In this document: in pieces, positions 24,882 to 40,067 of the stretch | How the letters are laid out: every line of letters begins with the position of its first letter | Position numbering within the stretch: the stretch's first letter is position 1 | Source: Clostridia bacterium | GTDB lineage: Bacteria > Bacillota > Clostridia > Christensenellales > CAG-917 | Length of the DNA: 64,000 nucleotides | Direction: 5' to 3' | NCBI GenBank assembly: GCA_017553325.1 | Contig: JAFZMH010000003.1 | Span: 14,640 to 78,639 of the forward strand | The notes under the pieces: generated by a model | Told to the model about the DNA's origin: nothing | The model's database searches: none | What the model saw: only the letters and a program-made list of their open reading frames with translations | Translations under genes and position numbers: made by a program

Positions 24882-27041
24882 ATGGCGAGATTTTCAGTGC
24901 GTACCAAGCCCGCAAAAGAGGAGAACACAGTCGTCTTTGATGACGTTCGCATAAGCGTCTTGACGGACAGGATCGTCCGTGTGGAGAGAAGCGGCGACGG
25001 GCGTTTTTGTGATTTGCCGACGCAGACCGTTTTGAACCGCAGTTTTCATAACCCGCAGTTTAAATGCGAAAAAACCGATAATAAAGTGTCGATTGAGACA
25101 AAATGCGCGACGTTCGTCGTGGACTTGCGCACGCTTGAAACGGCGGTGAGATTCGAGGGCGAAAGCACTTTCAACAAGCCGTCTAAAAAGCAAAATCTCG
25201 GCGGGACGGCAAGGACGTTGGACGGGACTTTCGGCAACCTCGCGTCTTGGAAACGCAAAAAGGATGGCAAAGACCACTTTGCAATAGGGCATTTGAGATG
25301 CGGTATATTCGGCACGAACGGCGTCGCGGAATACGACGACAGTAAGAGTTTTTTGCTCAAAGAGGACGGAAGCGTTGAGGCAAGAAACGAGGGCGCTGTT
25401 GACAAATATATATTTGCGTTTGATGGCGACTATCTTGGAGGGCTGAAAGAATTTTATGCGCTCACGGGCTACACTCCGCTTTTGCCGAAATACGCGCTCG
25501 GCAACTGGTGGTCGCGCTATCACGCCTACACGGACGAGGAATATACGACGCTTATCGACAGGTTTGCAAGCAACAATATTCCTCTGACCGTCGCGACGAT
25601 TGATATGGACTGGCACATCGTAAAGAACGTCCCGAAGGACGTCCCCAAGAAGACGATGCAGGGCGCAGGCTGGACGGGCTATACGTTTGAAAAGAGTTTG
25701 TTCCCCGACTACAAGGCGTTCCTTGCAGGTTTGAAGGACAGGGGGCTCGCGGTGACTATGAACCTGCACCCGAGGGACGGCGTGAGGTATTTTGAAACGC
25801 AATACGAGGAGATGGCAAAGGCGTGCGGAATAGACCCCGCGACCAAGCAACCCGTGGAGTTTGACCTCACGGACGAGAAGTTTTTGCCGGCGTATTTCGA
25901 TATATTGCACCACCCCTACGAGAAGGACGGCGTGGACTTTTGGTGGATAGACTGGCAACAGGGGACGAAGTCCAAAATGCGCGGACTTGACCCATTGTGG
26001 CTGCTCAATCACTATCATTTTTTGGACAATTCAAGGGGCGGGAAGCGCGGGCTTATATTGTCGCGTTATTCGGGGCTCGGCTCGCACCGTTATCCGCTCG
26101 GGTTTTCGGGAGACACGCTCGTCTGCTGGCGCAGTCTTGATTTCCAGCCGTATTTCACCTCGCTTGCGTCCAACGCGGGATATACTTGGTGGTCGCACGA
26201 CATTGGCGGGCACCTGTTTTCAAAGGGCAAGGAAGAATTGTATTTGAGGTGGCTCGAGTTTGGCGTATTTTCGCCGATAAACCGTCTGCACTCATCCAAT
26301 ATCGGCATTTCAAAAGAGCCGTGGAACTATCCGCATGTTGAAAAAGCGGCGGAAAAGTGGCTCAGACTGCGTCACGAGATGTTGCCGTATCTTTATTCGG
26401 CAAATGTGGCGACCGCGCTTGACGGCATACCGCTCATTGCTCCTGCCTACTACTATGACGACACCCCGCTCGCCTATGCAAAAGCGTTCCGAAACGAATA
26501 CTATTTTGGCGAGCAACTCTTTGTCGCGCCGATAACGAAAAAGAGCAAAAACGGCGTGTCCGCAAAGGAAATTTGGTTGCCAAAGGGAGAGTGGTACGAC
26601 TTTTTCACGGGCAAGAAAGTCGCGGACAACGACGAGTATGGCGTGATTTTTGTGCACGAATATGAACTTGACGAATACCCGGTGTTTGCAAAGGCGGGGG
26701 CGATTGTGCCGATGATAGACTTTGAAAGCGGCAATTCGCAGGAGTTTGAAACTCTCAAGGTCAAAGTGTTTGGGTGCGCGGAAAACACCTATACGATGTA
26801 TGACGAAAAGGCAGAAGTCCGTGCGGTTGAGAGCGCGGAGCAACTGTTCAAACCGAGCGAAGAAACCCGCAAAAACCTTGCATCTATCCGCTTCGATTTG
26901 AAAAATACAGACGGCAAACGCACGCTTGAAATCACTCCGCTTGCGAATTGCAAGACAAGACAAATCACGCTTGAAACCGAGAGTGGAAAAACACAAACAA
27001 TCACACTTTCAAGCACACGCCCCGTGGTTGTTGAGCTTTAA
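24882..27041 (+). CDS. glycoside hydrolase family 31 protein
   Basis: Carries NWWSRYHAYTDEEY, IDMDWH, FWWIDWQQG and WSHDIGGH blocks typical of GH31. Start at MARFSV (ATG 24882) after AGAGG. Confidence 0.8.
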   Translation: MARFSVRTKPAKEENTVVFDDVRISVLTDRIVRVERSGDGRFCDLPTQTVLNRSFHNPQFKCEKTDNKVSIETKCATFVVDLRTLETAVRFEGESTFNKPSKKQNLGGTARTLDGTFGNLASWKRKKDGKDHFAIGHLRCGIFGTNGVAEYDDSKSFLLKEDGSVEARNEGAVDKYIFAFDGDYLGGLKEFYALTGYTPLLPKYALGNWWSRYHAYTDEEYTTLIDRFASNNIPLTVATIDMDWHIVKNVPKDVPKKTMQGAGWTGYTFEKSLFPDYKAFLAGLKDRGLAVTMNLHPRDGVRYFETQYEEMAKACGIDPATKQPVEFDLTDEKFLPAYFDILHHPYEKDGVDFWWIDWQQGTKSKMRGLDPLWLLNHYHFLDNSRGGKRGLILSRYSGLGSHRYPLGFSGDTLVCWRSLDFQPYFTSLASNAGYTWWSHDIGGHLFSKGKEELYLRWLEFGVFSPINRLHSSNIGISKEPWNYPHVEKAAEKWLRLRHEMLPYLYSANVATALDGIPLIAPAYYYDDTPLAYAKAFRNEYYFGEQLFVAPITKKSKNGVSAKEIWLPKGEWYDFFTGKKVADNDEYGVIFVHEYELDEYPVFAKAGAIVPMIDFESGNSQEFETLKVKVFGCAENTYTMYDEKAEVRAVESAEQLFKPSEETRKNLASIRFDLKNTDGKRTLEITPLANCKTRQITLETESGKTQTITLSSTRPVVVEL

Positions 27042-27089
27042 CCCAAACACAATATATTTAAGTTTTTGCAAAAAGTTTTGAAATATGCT

Positions 27090-27118
27090 TGACTTATTTT
27101 GCGTTATTTATTAATATA
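27090..27118 (+). promoter_or_regulatory. sigma-70-type promoter for rplM-rpsI
   Basis: TTGACT (27090-27095), a 17-nt spacer, then TAATAT (27113-27118). The roughly 85-nt leader before rplM could be an L13-type autoregulatory leader, which I could not verify. Confidence 0.5.
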
Positions 27119-27204
27119 ATCAAGCATTTTAGGGATATGTGCGCGACGAACTAGCCCCTCGAAGCAGGCGTTTCCCAAATTATCATCTTCGGAGGTTTGT
27201 CTTT

Positions 27205-27648
27205 ATGGCAAAGAACAACAAGTCTTTTATGGCCAAACCGGGCGAGGTTGAGAGCAAATGGTATGTTGTTGACGCAACAGATATGGTTCTTGGTCGTCTT
27301 GCTTCCCAAGTGGCGGCAATTCTCAAGGGCAAGAACAAACCGGAATACACTCCCAATGTCGACTGTGGTGACCATGTCATTATAATCAACTGCGAGAAAG
27401 TCCGTCTCACAGGCAAGAAGCTTGAGGACAAATATTATCGCTATCACACAGGTTTTATCGGCGGTCTCAAGGAGATCCAATACAAGAAATTGATGGCTGA
27501 AAAACCTGATTTCGCTGTTTACAAAGCAGTCAAGGGTATGTTGCCAAAGAACTCTCTCGGCGAGAAGATGCTCAAGAAACTCCGCGTTTACGCAGGACCA
27601 GAGCACTCAAACCAAGCACAATGCCCTGTCGAGCTCAAGCTCAACTGA
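27205..27648 (+). CDS. rplM: 50S ribosomal protein L13
   Basis: Carries [27 protein letters not shown] 27205 is preceded by GGAGG at 27191-27195. Confidence 0.93.
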   Translation: MAKNNKSFMAKPGEVESKWYVVDATDMVLGRLASQVAAILKGKNKPEYTPNVDCGDHVIIINCEKVRLTGKKLEDKYYRYHTGFIGGLKEIQYKKLMAEKPDFAVYKAVKGMLPKNSLGEKMLKKLRVYAGPEHSNQAQCPVELKLN

Positions 27649-27660
27649 TTGAGGTGAATT

Positions 27661-28071
27661 ATGGCTACAAAGAAAGTTAAAAAGGTTCAATATCTTGGAA
27701 CTGGCAGAAGAAAAACAGCAATCGCAAGAGTCCGTCTCGTCCCGGGCGATGGCAACATCACCATCAACAAGCGCACTCTTGATGAATATTTCCCACTTGA
27801 CACAATGAAACTCATTGTCAACCAACCTCTCGTTGCCACAAACACAGGCGACAAGTTTGACGTCTTCGTCAACGTCAAGGGCGGCGGCTTCACAGGTCAA
27901 GCAGGTGCAATCCGTCACGGTATCGCAAGAGCACTCTGCGTCGCAGATGCCGAAGCATACAGAGCAATCCTCAAGAAAGAAGGATACCTCACTCGTGACC
28001 CACGTGCTAAGGAACGTAAGAAATACGGTTTGCATAAGGCTCGTAAGGCTCCACAATTCAGCAAGAGATAA
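27661..28071 (+). CDS. rpsI: 30S ribosomal protein S9
   Basis: Carries [16 protein letters not shown] and the C-terminal [18 protein letters not shown]. Confidence 0.95.
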   Translation: MATKKVKKVQYLGTGRRKTAIARVRLVPGDGNITINKRTLDEYFPLDTMKLIVNQPLVATNTGDKFDVFVNVKGGGFTGQAGAIRHGIARALCVADAEAYRAILKKEGYLTRDPRAKERKKYGLHKARKAPQFSKR

Positions 28072-28196
28072 AAACAGCGCTATTTGGCGCCTAACTTCGT
28101 CAAAAACCCTTTTGTTCGGGAATCACGTACGACCAAGTACGCTCATCCCTTGCAAAAGGGTTTTTCCTTGTTATCCATCCAAATAATCGCTGTTTT
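28071..28196 (+). repeat. R element copy R4 (most diverged copy)
   Basis: Begins at the last base of the rpsI stop. Its arms aaaacagcg/cgctgtttt and tatttgg/ccaaata differ from the other copies on both sides of each stem, so pairing is preserved. It shares cacgtac...gtacgctcatccc with copy R3. Confidence 0.7.
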
Positions 28197-28394
28197 TATT
28201 CTTTTGCTGATGATATAAAATATATATAATCTTATCAGCGTTGAAAGATTGATTGTTTGTGAAATGATTATTCGAAGGATTCTATTTGGACTATTTTTTT
28301 GTTTAATAAAAAATATGATTGATAAAAATATTTAATTGTATTATATTAAATTAAAATATATAAAAAGCATATTTTGAATATAAGGAGAAAAAAC

Positions 28395-28610
28395 ATGTAT
28401 AAAATGAGTTTTAAAACATGGAGCAAAAAGTTCCTGAACGAAAATAGCCCAATGGGCGATTTGGCGCGAGATATTAAGCAGGATACAAATTTTCCATCAT
28501 ATCGTTGCAAAAAACATATCGCAGAGTATTTGTGCGATAATCATGCTTGCGATGCTGCGTTAAAGGTTTTTGACAAAATGTATGAGGAGTATAAGAATGC
28601 AATAAAATAG
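28395..28610 (+). CDS. YozE-like (SAM-like fold, UPF0346) small protein
   Basis: MSFKTWSKKFLNENSPMGDLARDIKQDTNFP resembles the YozE family. Start at ATG 28395, 7 nt after AAGGAG. The gene is low in GC. Confidence 0.55.
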   Translation: MYKMSFKTWSKKFLNENSPMGDLARDIKQDTNFPSYRCKKHIAEYLCDNHACDAALKVFDKMYEEYKNAIK

Positions 28611-28631
28611 AACTTTTGGTATGTATTATGC

Positions 28632-28659
28632 AAAAAGCCACTCATATGAGTGGCTTTTT
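28632..28659. terminator. bidirectional terminator between convergent small genes
   Basis: Sequence aaaaagccactca tatgagtggcttttt. Confidence 0.75.
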
Positions 28660-28731
28660 AATATTACGATTAGATTTTATGAATCAAACTGACTAATATC
28701 AATTTTTAGGATTAATTGCATTAATATTTTT

Positions 28732-29142
28732 TTATTCCCAAGATATTTTAACAATTTTAGCAGTAACAGTTTTATTCTCGCATAATTCTTTGCTTATTGA
28801 AACCAAATATGTTTCCGCACAATCTTCTTGTCCATGGCAAGTGAAAGTGTGTTCAACAGTTTTAACGTTAACATTATCAGCATAAAATCCAACTTGAACT
28901 TTTAATGTATATACGGCATCAGGCGACATATATCCATTTGTCATAACTTGATACTGGTATTGTTTGTAAAATGTTATCACACCATATGTGTCTTTTGTAT
29001 ACTCACCAAGAAAGTTAACCCTCGCTTCAAAACCGGTGGTCTTTTGCCCATTACTATTATTTAATGTTGTTCCACAACCAATAAATGAAAACAGACCTAT
29101 AAGTAAAATTACAATTACAATTATTATTTTTTTTGCAACCAT
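28732..29142 (-). CDS. hypothetical lipoprotein (136 aa)
   Basis: Has the lipobox FIGC after a hydrophobic signal. Start at MVAKK (ATG ending at 29142), 5 nt after GGAGG. GC is markedly low compared with the adjacent ispDF. Confidence 0.6.
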   Translation of the reverse strand: MVAKKIIIVIVILLIGLFSFIGCGTTLNNSNGQKTTGFEARVNFLGEYTKDTYGVITFYKQYQYQVMTNGYMSPDAVYTLKVQVGFYADNVNVKTVEHTFTCHGQEDCAETYLVSISKELCENKTVTAKIVKISWE

Positions 29143-29161
29143 TTTGGCCTCCATATTTTTT

Positions 29162-30364
29162 TTATACTGTCTTGCTTAACAATACGCTTGCAAACGCGGC
29201 TATAGCCTGCGAATTGCCTAGGGCACCCACTTGCTCGTTGGTGGTGGCGGAGATGCCGATATGGTCAACTGGCAGGGAGAGGGCGGCGGAGAGAGTTTGT
29301 TTCATGGCAGGGATGTGCGGGGCGATCATCGGTTTTTCGGCGATGATGCACACGGACACGTTGCGCACGATAAAATCTTTATTGTACGCACGCGCAAGCA
29401 CCTGCGCGAGCAACTCCATGCTGTCTGCGCCGTCGAACTTGGGGTCATTCACAGGGAAGAGATGCCCAATGTCCGGGTCGCCGATGGCGGAGAGGATTGC
29501 ATCCATGATTGCGTGCACCGGCACATCGCCGTCGCTGTGTGCGACAAATGAGAACGGGCAGTCAATCTTTACACCGAGGAGCTTTATGCCCTCGCCGTTT
29601 TGCAGGCGGTGGATGTCATAGCCCACTCCCGTGCGGGACATAATCGTGTCGGCAATCTGCCAATTCTTGGTGGGATTGACGTGCATATCGTGCGAGAAGA
29701 CAAACGGATTTGTTGTCAAGTCTTCCTTGAATGTGATTTTGATGTTGCGCTTTTCGCCCTCTACGATTTTGACGGGGCCTTTTGCATAGGTTTGAAGCAC
29801 GGCGATGTCGTCGTGGAAATCCTTTTTGCATTTCTTGTAGGCGGCAAGCAGTCTGCCTGTCTCCGCACAGATCGGAGTTTGCACACGCTTTATCTCGCTC
29901 CTGGATTTTGGCGTGAGTTCGCCGTCTTTCACTTGAACGATAGAGTCTGTCATGTCAATGAGCGGCTGGCATACCCCCGCTTCCTTTGCGCCTTCCATAA
30001 CGCGCGCGATAAGCTCTTTGGACACAAACGGCCTCGCCGCATCGTGAATGAGAACATAGTCGCAGTCGTCTTCAAGTGCGGGGAGCGCCTTTTTGACTGT
30101 CTGTGTGCGGCTGTCCCCGCCACGCGTGATCTTGATGCGCTTGTCTTCGTCCAGCTTGTAGAGTTCCAAGAGATTCAAAAACTCGTCGCTGAAACTCGGG
30201 TGTATTGCCACAATCACCTTGCTCACTTCTTCAAATTCAAGAAACGGCTTGATCGCCTCAATGATAACCACCGACGATCCGCATTGCTCCAAAAGTTTGT
30301 TGTTGACGCCAAAGCGTTGGCTCAAACCCGCAGCAGTAAGTATTACGTTATATTTCATAAACAC
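29162..30364 (-). CDS. ispDF: bifunctional IspD/IspF (MEP cytidylyltransferase / MEcPP synthase)
   Basis: The N-terminus has ILTAAGLSQRFG (IspD). The C-terminus has GVGYDIHRL...AHSDGDVPVHAIMDAILSAIGDPDIGHLFP (IspF). Confidence 0.9.
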   Translation of the reverse strand: MFMKYNVILTAAGLSQRFGVNNKLLEQCGSSVVIIEAIKPFLEFEEVSKVIVAIHPSFSDEFLNLLELYKLDEDKRIKITRGGDSRTQTVKKALPALEDDCDYVLIHDAARPFVSKELIARVMEGAKEAGVCQPLIDMTDSIVQVKDGELTPKSRSEIKRVQTPICAETGRLLAAYKKCKKDFHDDIAVLQTYAKGPVKIVEGEKRNIKITFKEDLTTNPFVFSHDMHVNPTKNWQIADTIMSRTGVGYDIHRLQNGEGIKLLGVKIDCPFSFVAHSDGDVPVHAIMDAILSAIGDPDIGHLFPVNDPKFDGADSMELLAQVLARAYNKDFIVRNVSVCIIAEKPMIAPHIPAMKQTLSAALSLPVDHIGISATTNEQVGALGNSQAIAAFASVLLSKTV

Positions 30365-30369
30365 CTCGT

Positions 30370-30612
30370 TTAGTCCAAAATCTTATACATACTCTCGGCA
30401 CTTTGTTTCGTCTGATGCTCATCAATAGACAACACTTCAAATCTCATCGTATTATTGCCAAAAGAGACGGAAACAACGTCCCCGACTTTGACGTCCTTGG
30501 ACGGTTTTGCGACCTTGCCGTTGATTTCAATTCGCCCGCCGTCGCAAGCATCCGCCGCAACCGTGCGTCTTTTGATTACTCTTGATATTTTCAAAAATTT
30601 GTCAATTCTCAT
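30370..30612 (-). CDS. rqcP: S4-domain RNA-binding protein, RqcP/YabO-like
   Basis: MRIDKFLKISRVIKRRTVA...INGKVAKPSKDVKVGD aligns along its full length with my recollection of Bacillus YabO. Confidence 0.65.
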   Translation of the reverse strand: MRIDKFLKISRVIKRRTVAADACDGGRIEINGKVAKPSKDVKVGDVVSVSFGNNTMRFEVLSIDEHQTKQSAESMYKILD

Positions 30613-30738
30613 ACACTATATTTTACCGCAAACACATATAAATTGCAAGAGTTAATATTTTTTTCTTGCGCCCAAACGGGTGTGCAAAACTACCAAAAAA
30701 AATACTAAAAATTGTGCCAAAAATAAGGTATTTCGCAC

Positions 30739-30767
30739 TTGACAGGGTTGACAAAAGATAATATAAT
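30739..30767 (+). promoter_or_regulatory. consensus sigma-70 promoter for rpoBC
   Basis: TTGACA (30739-30744), a 17-nt spacer, then TATAAT (30762-30767). This implies a leader of about 245 nt before rpoB. Confidence 0.6.
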
Positions 30768-31016
30768 TGAAAATTGTCCTTTTATACGCTTTTGAGCCGA
30801 AAAACCCTCGAAAACAGGGGAAAACGGGGCTATAAATACGTAGTATTAAGGGGCAAAAATCAACAAAAACGCAAGATTGATGGAAAAGTTTTCCGCAACG
30901 AAAAAATTATTTTTTTGAGGGTTTTGAAAAATTTTTTTTGAGAACTGCTCAAGATTTGCGGAAAAACGACAAGGAAATCAATCGCCAAAAGGTAATTTTT
31001 TTAAGGAGTGAATATA

Positions 31017-34000
31017 ATGTCCGAAAGAATTCACAACAAAATGTACGGAACAACAGAAAGACGCGACTTTTCAAAGATAAAAGACGTGTTGCCGATTCCG
31101 TACCTTATCGAAGTGCAAAAAGATTCCTACGCGAACTTTATTGACGAGGGCATAAGAGAAGTCTTGCAAGATTATTCTCCAATCAACGACTTCGCCGGCC
31201 GTCTCAAACTGGAATTTTTGTCGCACTCTCTCGAAGGTACGCCAAAGTATTCTGTCAAAGAATGCAAGGACCATTCCACGACCTACGCCATCCCGCTCCG
31301 CGTGAGAGCAAAACTCACCAACAACGAGAACGGCGAAGTGACGGAGCAAGAAGTCTTCATGGGTGATTTCCCGCTCATGACCGATTCCGGCTCTTTCGTC
31401 ATCAACGGTGCGGAACGCGTCATCGTCAGCCAACTCGTGCGCAGCCCGGGCGTGTACAACACAAAGGAACTTGACAAGAACGGTATTCCGCGTTTCTTCA
31501 ACCAAGTCATCCCAAACCGCGGCGCGTGGCTCGAGTATGAGCAGGACCAAAACGACGTTCAATGGGTGCACGTTGACAGACAAAGAAAGATCACCGCGAC
31601 CACGCTCATCCGCGCACTCGGCTATGGCACGGACGAAGAGATCATCGAACTCTTCGGCGGAGACGATATGATCGTCAACACCTGCGCCAAAGACGCGACC
31701 TGCAAGACGGAAGAACAAGGCAAGATCGATCTTTTCCGTCGTCTGCGTCCGGGTGAAGTTCCCACCGTCGAAGGCGCGAACATCCTCATCCACAACACCT
31801 TCTACGACTACAAGCGCTACGACCTTGCAAAAGTCGGCAGATACAAGTACAACAAGAAACTCGCAATCGGCACGCGTATCGTAGGCTACAAACTCGCGCG
31901 CGACGTCGTCTCCGAACTCACGGGCGAGATCCTCGCAACAAAGGGCGAGGTAGTCTCCGAAGCAAAGGGCAAAGAGATTCAAAATAACGCCGTCAACGTC
32001 GTTTGGCTCGCATACGTCGACGAAAAGGGCGAGAGCAAAGAGTTCAAGGTCATCGGCAACAACACGCTTGATTTGAACGCTATCGTAGATTGCAATCCGA
32101 GAGAACTCGGCATCACGGAAAAGGTCTATTGGCCAAACCTCAAAAAACTCCTTGAAGAGTTTGGCGACAACAGAGACGAACTCCTTCTTGCAATTCGTTC
32201 ATCCGTTGACGAACTCGTCTACAAGCACATCACGCTCGACGACATCGTGGCAATTCAAGACTACAACCTCGGTCTCCGTCACGGCATCGGCACACTCGAC
32301 GACATCGACCACCTCTCAAATCGTCGCGTTCGTGCTGTCGGCGAACTTCTTCAAAATCAATTCCGTATCGGTATTTCCCGTCTCGAGAGAGTCATTAAGG
32401 AGAGAATGGCTTCCGCTCAAGACACGTCGGAACTCACACCGCAAACTCTCATCAACATCCGCCCCGTCACGAGCGCGATCAAAGAGTTCTTCGGTTCTTC
32501 ACAACTCTCTCAATTTATGGACCAACCCAACCCGATTGCAGAGCTCACGCACAAGCGTAAACTCTCCGCTTTGGGCCCCGGCGGTTTGAACCGTGACAGA
32601 GCGAGCTTCGAGGTCCGCGACGTTCACCACTCACACTACGGACGTATGTGCCCGATTGAAACTCCTGAAGGTCAAAACATCGGTCTTATCACGTCTCTCT
32701 CATCCTTTGCAAAGGTGAACGAATACGGGTTTATCGAGACTCCGTACAGAAAGATAATCAAAAACTACGACGAAAACGGCAAGTACGTTGACTCAATCGT
32801 CTCCGACGAGGTCGTCTATATGGCGGCGGACGAGGAAGATAAGTACGTCATCGCACAGGCAAACGAACCGCTCGACGACGACAGCAAGTTCGTGAGAGCG
32901 CGTGTCAACTGCCGTATTCAAAACGACATCCGCGAAGTCCCCGCAGAAAGAGCGGACTACATGGACGTCAACCCGAAACAACTTATTTCAATCGCAACGG
33001 CGCTTATCCCGTTCCTCGAGAACGACGATACCAACCGTGCTCTTATGGGCTCCAACATGCAACGTCAGGCAGTCCCGCTCCTCCGTCCGGAAGCACCTAT
33101 GATTGCAACCGGCGTCGAGCATAAGATCGCCTACGACAGCGGCGTTTTGAAGATTGCAAAGCACGACGGTTTCGTCAAGTACGTCGACAGCGACAGAGTT
33201 ATCGTCGAATTGCCGGACGGCAGCGAAGAGGAATACAAACTCTCCAAGTTCGAACGCTCCAACCAATCCACCTGCATCAACCAACACCCGATCGTCAACA
33301 AGGGCGACAAGGTGTATGGACCGAAGTACGATGAAAAGGGTATGCTAGTTCAAGAAGGCACGGTGCTTGCAGACGGACCTGCTTGCGACCACGGCGAACT
33401 TGCGCTCGGCAGAAATATGCTCATCGGCTTTATGTCTTGGGAAGGCTACAACTATGAGGACGCAGTCCTCATCAGCGAGGAACTCGTGAAGGACGACCTC
33501 TACACCTCAATCCATATTGAGGAGCACGAGATGGAATGTCGCGACACGAAACTCGGCGAAGAGCAAATCACGAGAGATATTCCGAACCTCAGCGACGAAG
33601 TTCTCAAAAACCTCGATGAAGACGGTATCGTCAAAGTCGGAAGCGAAGTCGTCGCAGGCGACATTTTGGTCGGCAAGGTCACCCCGAAGGGCGAGACTGA
33701 ACTCACACCGGAAGAGAGATTGCTCCGTGCAATCTTCGGCGAGAAGGCAAGAGAAGTCCGCGATACCTCTTTGCGTGTCCCGAACGGCGGCGCAGGTATC
33801 GTAGTCGACGTCAAGATCTTCACGAGAAAGAACAAAGACGAACTCAACCCGGGCGTCAATAAACTCGTCCGCGTGTACATCGCGCAAAAGAGAAAAATCT
33901 CCGTCGGCGACAAGATGGCTGGCCGTCACGGAAACAAGGGCGTCGTTTCAAGAGTTTTGCCGAAGGAAGATATGCCTTTCATGGCAGACGGCACTCCGCT

Positions 34001-34868
34001 TCAAATCGTGTTGAACCCACTCGGCGTTCCGTCACGTATGAACATCGGACAAGTCCTTGAAGTCCACCTCGGTCTCATCGCTCACATGCTCGATTGGAAG
34101 ATTGCAACTCCCGTCTTCGACGGCGCGAACGAGCAAGACATCAAGGGGCTCTTCCAACAATGCGGACTCGTCAACGAAGACGGCGAAGTTGACGGCAAGA
34201 TTCAACTTTACGACGGCAGAACGGGCGAGCCGTTTGAGAACAGAGCCACAGTCGGCTATATGTATTACCTCAAACTGCATCACCTCGTCGACGACAAGAT
34301 TCACGCAAGAAGCACGGGTCCGTACAGCCTCGTCACACAACAACCGCTCGGCGGTAAGGCGCAGTTCGGCGGACAGCGTTTCGGCGAAATGGAAGTTTGG
34401 GCACTCGAAGCATACGGCGCGGCGAATATGCTCCAAGAGATTCTCACCGTCAAGTCGGACGACGTGGTCGGACGTGTCAAGACGTATGAATCCATAGTCA
34501 AAGGCAACAACATCTCCGAACCGGGTATTCCCGAATCGTTCAAGGTTCTCGTCAAGGAACTCCAAGCATTGGGACTCGACGTCAAAGTGCTCACCGAAGA
34601 GAGAGACGAAGTCAAACTCCGCGACTACTTCGAGGATGAGATGGACTTTGAAGCGGCGCAAAACCGCAAGCACGAAGAGCTCAAAGAGATTGACATCATG
34701 GCTGATGAAAACATCTTTGGCGATTTGACTGGCGGTGCGACGACAGAGAACACCGACAACTTGTTCGACACGGACGACGACGATGAAAACATCTTCGCAT
34801 CCTTGACCGAAGGCACTGTCGATATGTCCGACATCTTCGGCACGAACGGAAATTCCGACGAGGAATAA
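31017..34868 (+). CDS. rpoB: DNA-directed RNA polymerase subunit beta
   Basis: Shows full-length RpoB similarity ([25 protein letters not shown]; [12 protein letters not shown]). ATG 31017 lies 8 nt after AAGGAG. Confidence 0.97.
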   Translation: MSERIHNKMYGTTERRDFSKIKDVLPIPYLIEVQKDSYANFIDEGIREVLQDYSPINDFAGRLKLEFLSHSLEGTPKYSVKECKDHSTTYAIPLRVRAKLTNNENGEVTEQEVFMGDFPLMTDSGSFVINGAERVIVSQLVRSPGVYNTKELDKNGIPRFFNQVIPNRGAWLEYEQDQNDVQWVHVDRQRKITATTLIRALGYGTDEEIIELFGGDDMIVNTCAKDATCKTEEQGKIDLFRRLRPGEVPTVEGANILIHNTFYDYKRYDLAKVGRYKYNKKLAIGTRIVGYKLARDVVSELTGEILATKGEVVSEAKGKEIQNNAVNVVWLAYVDEKGESKEFKVIGNNTLDLNAIVDCNPRELGITEKVYWPNLKKLLEEFGDNRDELLLAIRSSVDELVYKHITLDDIVAIQDYNLGLRHGIGTLDDIDHLSNRRVRAVGELLQNQFRIGISRLERVIKERMASAQDTSELTPQTLINIRPVTSAIKEFFGSSQLSQFMDQPNPIAELTHKRKLSALGPGGLNRDRASFEVRDVHHSHYGRMCPIETPEGQNIGLITSLSSFAKVNEYGFIETPYRKIIKNYDENGKYVDSIVSDEVVYMAADEEDKYVIAQANEPLDDDSKFVRARVNCRIQNDIREVPAERADYMDVNPKQLISIATALIPFLENDDTNRALMGSNMQRQAVPLLRPEAPMIATGVEHKIAYDSGVLKIAKHDGFVKYVDSDRVIVELPDGSEEEYKLSKFERSNQSTCINQHPIVNKGDKVYGPKYDEKGMLVQEGTVLADGPACDHGELALGRNMLIGFMSWEGYNYEDAVLISEELVKDDLYTSIHIEEHEMECRDTKLGEEQITRDIPNLSDEVLKNLDEDGIVKVGSEVVAGDILVGKVTPKGETELTPEERLLRAIFGEKAREVRDTSLRVPNGGAGIVVDVKIFTRKNKDELNPGVNKLVRVYIAQKRKISVGDKMAGRHGNKGVVSRVLPKEDMPFMADGTPLQIVLNPLGVPSRMNIGQVLEVHLGLIAHMLDWKIATPVFDGANEQDIKGLFQQCGLVNEDGEVDGKIQLYDGRTGEPFENRATVGYMYYLKLHHLVDDKIHARSTGPYSLVTQQPLGGKAQFGGQRFGEMEVWALEAYGAANMLQEILTVKSDDVVGRVKTYESIVKGNNISEPGIPESFKVLVKELQALGLDVKVLTEERDEVKLRDYFEDEMDFEAAQNRKHEELKEIDIMADENIFGDLTGGATTENTDNLFDTDDDDENIFASLTEGTVDMSDIFGTNGNSDEE

Positions 34869-34880
34869 GGAGGGTATGAT

Positions 34881-38749
<3,869 letters not shown>

Positions 38750-38750
<1 letters not shown>

Positions 38751-39928
38751 TGGATAAAAGACTGTTTACATCCGAAAGTGTGACCGAAGGTCACCCCGAC
38801 AAAGTATGCGATCAAATCGCAGACGCCATCCTCGATGATATTTTCAGCGAGGATGCGTCCGCGCGCACCGCAATCGAAGTCTGCGCGACGACAGGTATGG
38901 TTATGGTGTTCGGTGAAGTAACTACCGAACACTATGCCGATATTCCGACTATCGTGCGTGGCGTTTTGCAAGACATCGGCTACAACGACAGTTCGCTCGG
39001 TTTCGACTATAAGACCTGCGCGGTTATCAGCAGCATTCAGGAGCAGTCTCCCGACATCGCGCAGGGCGTCAATCTCGCCAGCGACAGCGACGGGGACGTC
39101 TACGATTTGCGCGGCGCGGGCGACCAAGGCATGATGTTCGGATACGCGTGCGACGAAACGGAGGAGCTTATGCCTCTTCCCATCACGCTCGCGCACAGGC
39201 TCACAAAGACGCTTACGGACGTCAGAAAGAGCGGGGAACTCGTTTGGCTCCGTCCTGACGGCAAGGCGCAGGTGACCGTCGAATACGAGGACGGAGTGCC
39301 CACGCGCGTCGACACAGTCGTCGTGAGCTGTCAACACTCCGAGGACGTCGACACGGATGAAATTGAGTGCGAAATCATCGAACGCGTCATAAAGCGCGCA
39401 ATCCCTGCTGAGTATCTCGACGACGATACGAAATTCTACATCAACCCCACGGGGCGTTTCGTCATCGGCGGACCAGCCGGAGACAGCGGTCTCACAGGAA
39501 GAAAGATCATTGTTGACACCTATGGTGGGTTCTGCCCGCACGGTGGTGGATCATTCTCCGGCAAAGACCCGACAAAGGTGGACAGATCTGCTTGCTATAT
39601 GGCGAGATACGTCTGCAAAAACCTCGTCGCGTCTGGCGTCTGCAAGAAGGCAGAACTTCAAGTCGCCTACGCAATCGGTATGGCGCATCCCGTGTCCGTA
39701 TACGTCAATACGTTCGGCACAGGTATCGCAAGCGACGACGTGTTAGCAAAGGTGGTCGAAGAAGTCTTCGATTTCAGACCGCTCGCAATCATAAACAATT
39801 TGCGTCTCGATAGACCGATATATAGGATGACTTCCAACTACGGCCATTTCGGCAGAAAAGGTTTCAGTTGGGAAGAAACCGACAAGGTCGACGAGATAAA
39901 AGCGACTCTTTCAAAGTATAAATTTTGA
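38750..39928 (+). CDS. metK: S-adenosylmethionine synthase
   Basis: Carries [30 protein letters not shown] and [16 protein letters not shown]. The ATG overlaps the rpoC stop (TAATG). Confidence 0.95.
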
Positions 39929-39942
39929 ATACGCAAAGGACG

Positions 39943-39980
39943 AACGACAGGCGAAGTATAGCCTGTCGTTTGTATATATA
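39943..39980 (+). terminator. intrinsic terminator after metK
   Basis: Sequence aacgacaggc gaagtata gcctgtcgtt followed by a T/A-rich tail. Confidence 0.6.
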
Positions 39981-40067
39981 AAAGAAAAAACGAAAGGCAG
40001 ATAAACGCCAAAACACGCGGTTAGAATCGCGAAAAAGGCGATGCAAAACCATTGCAGGGGAGAGAAA

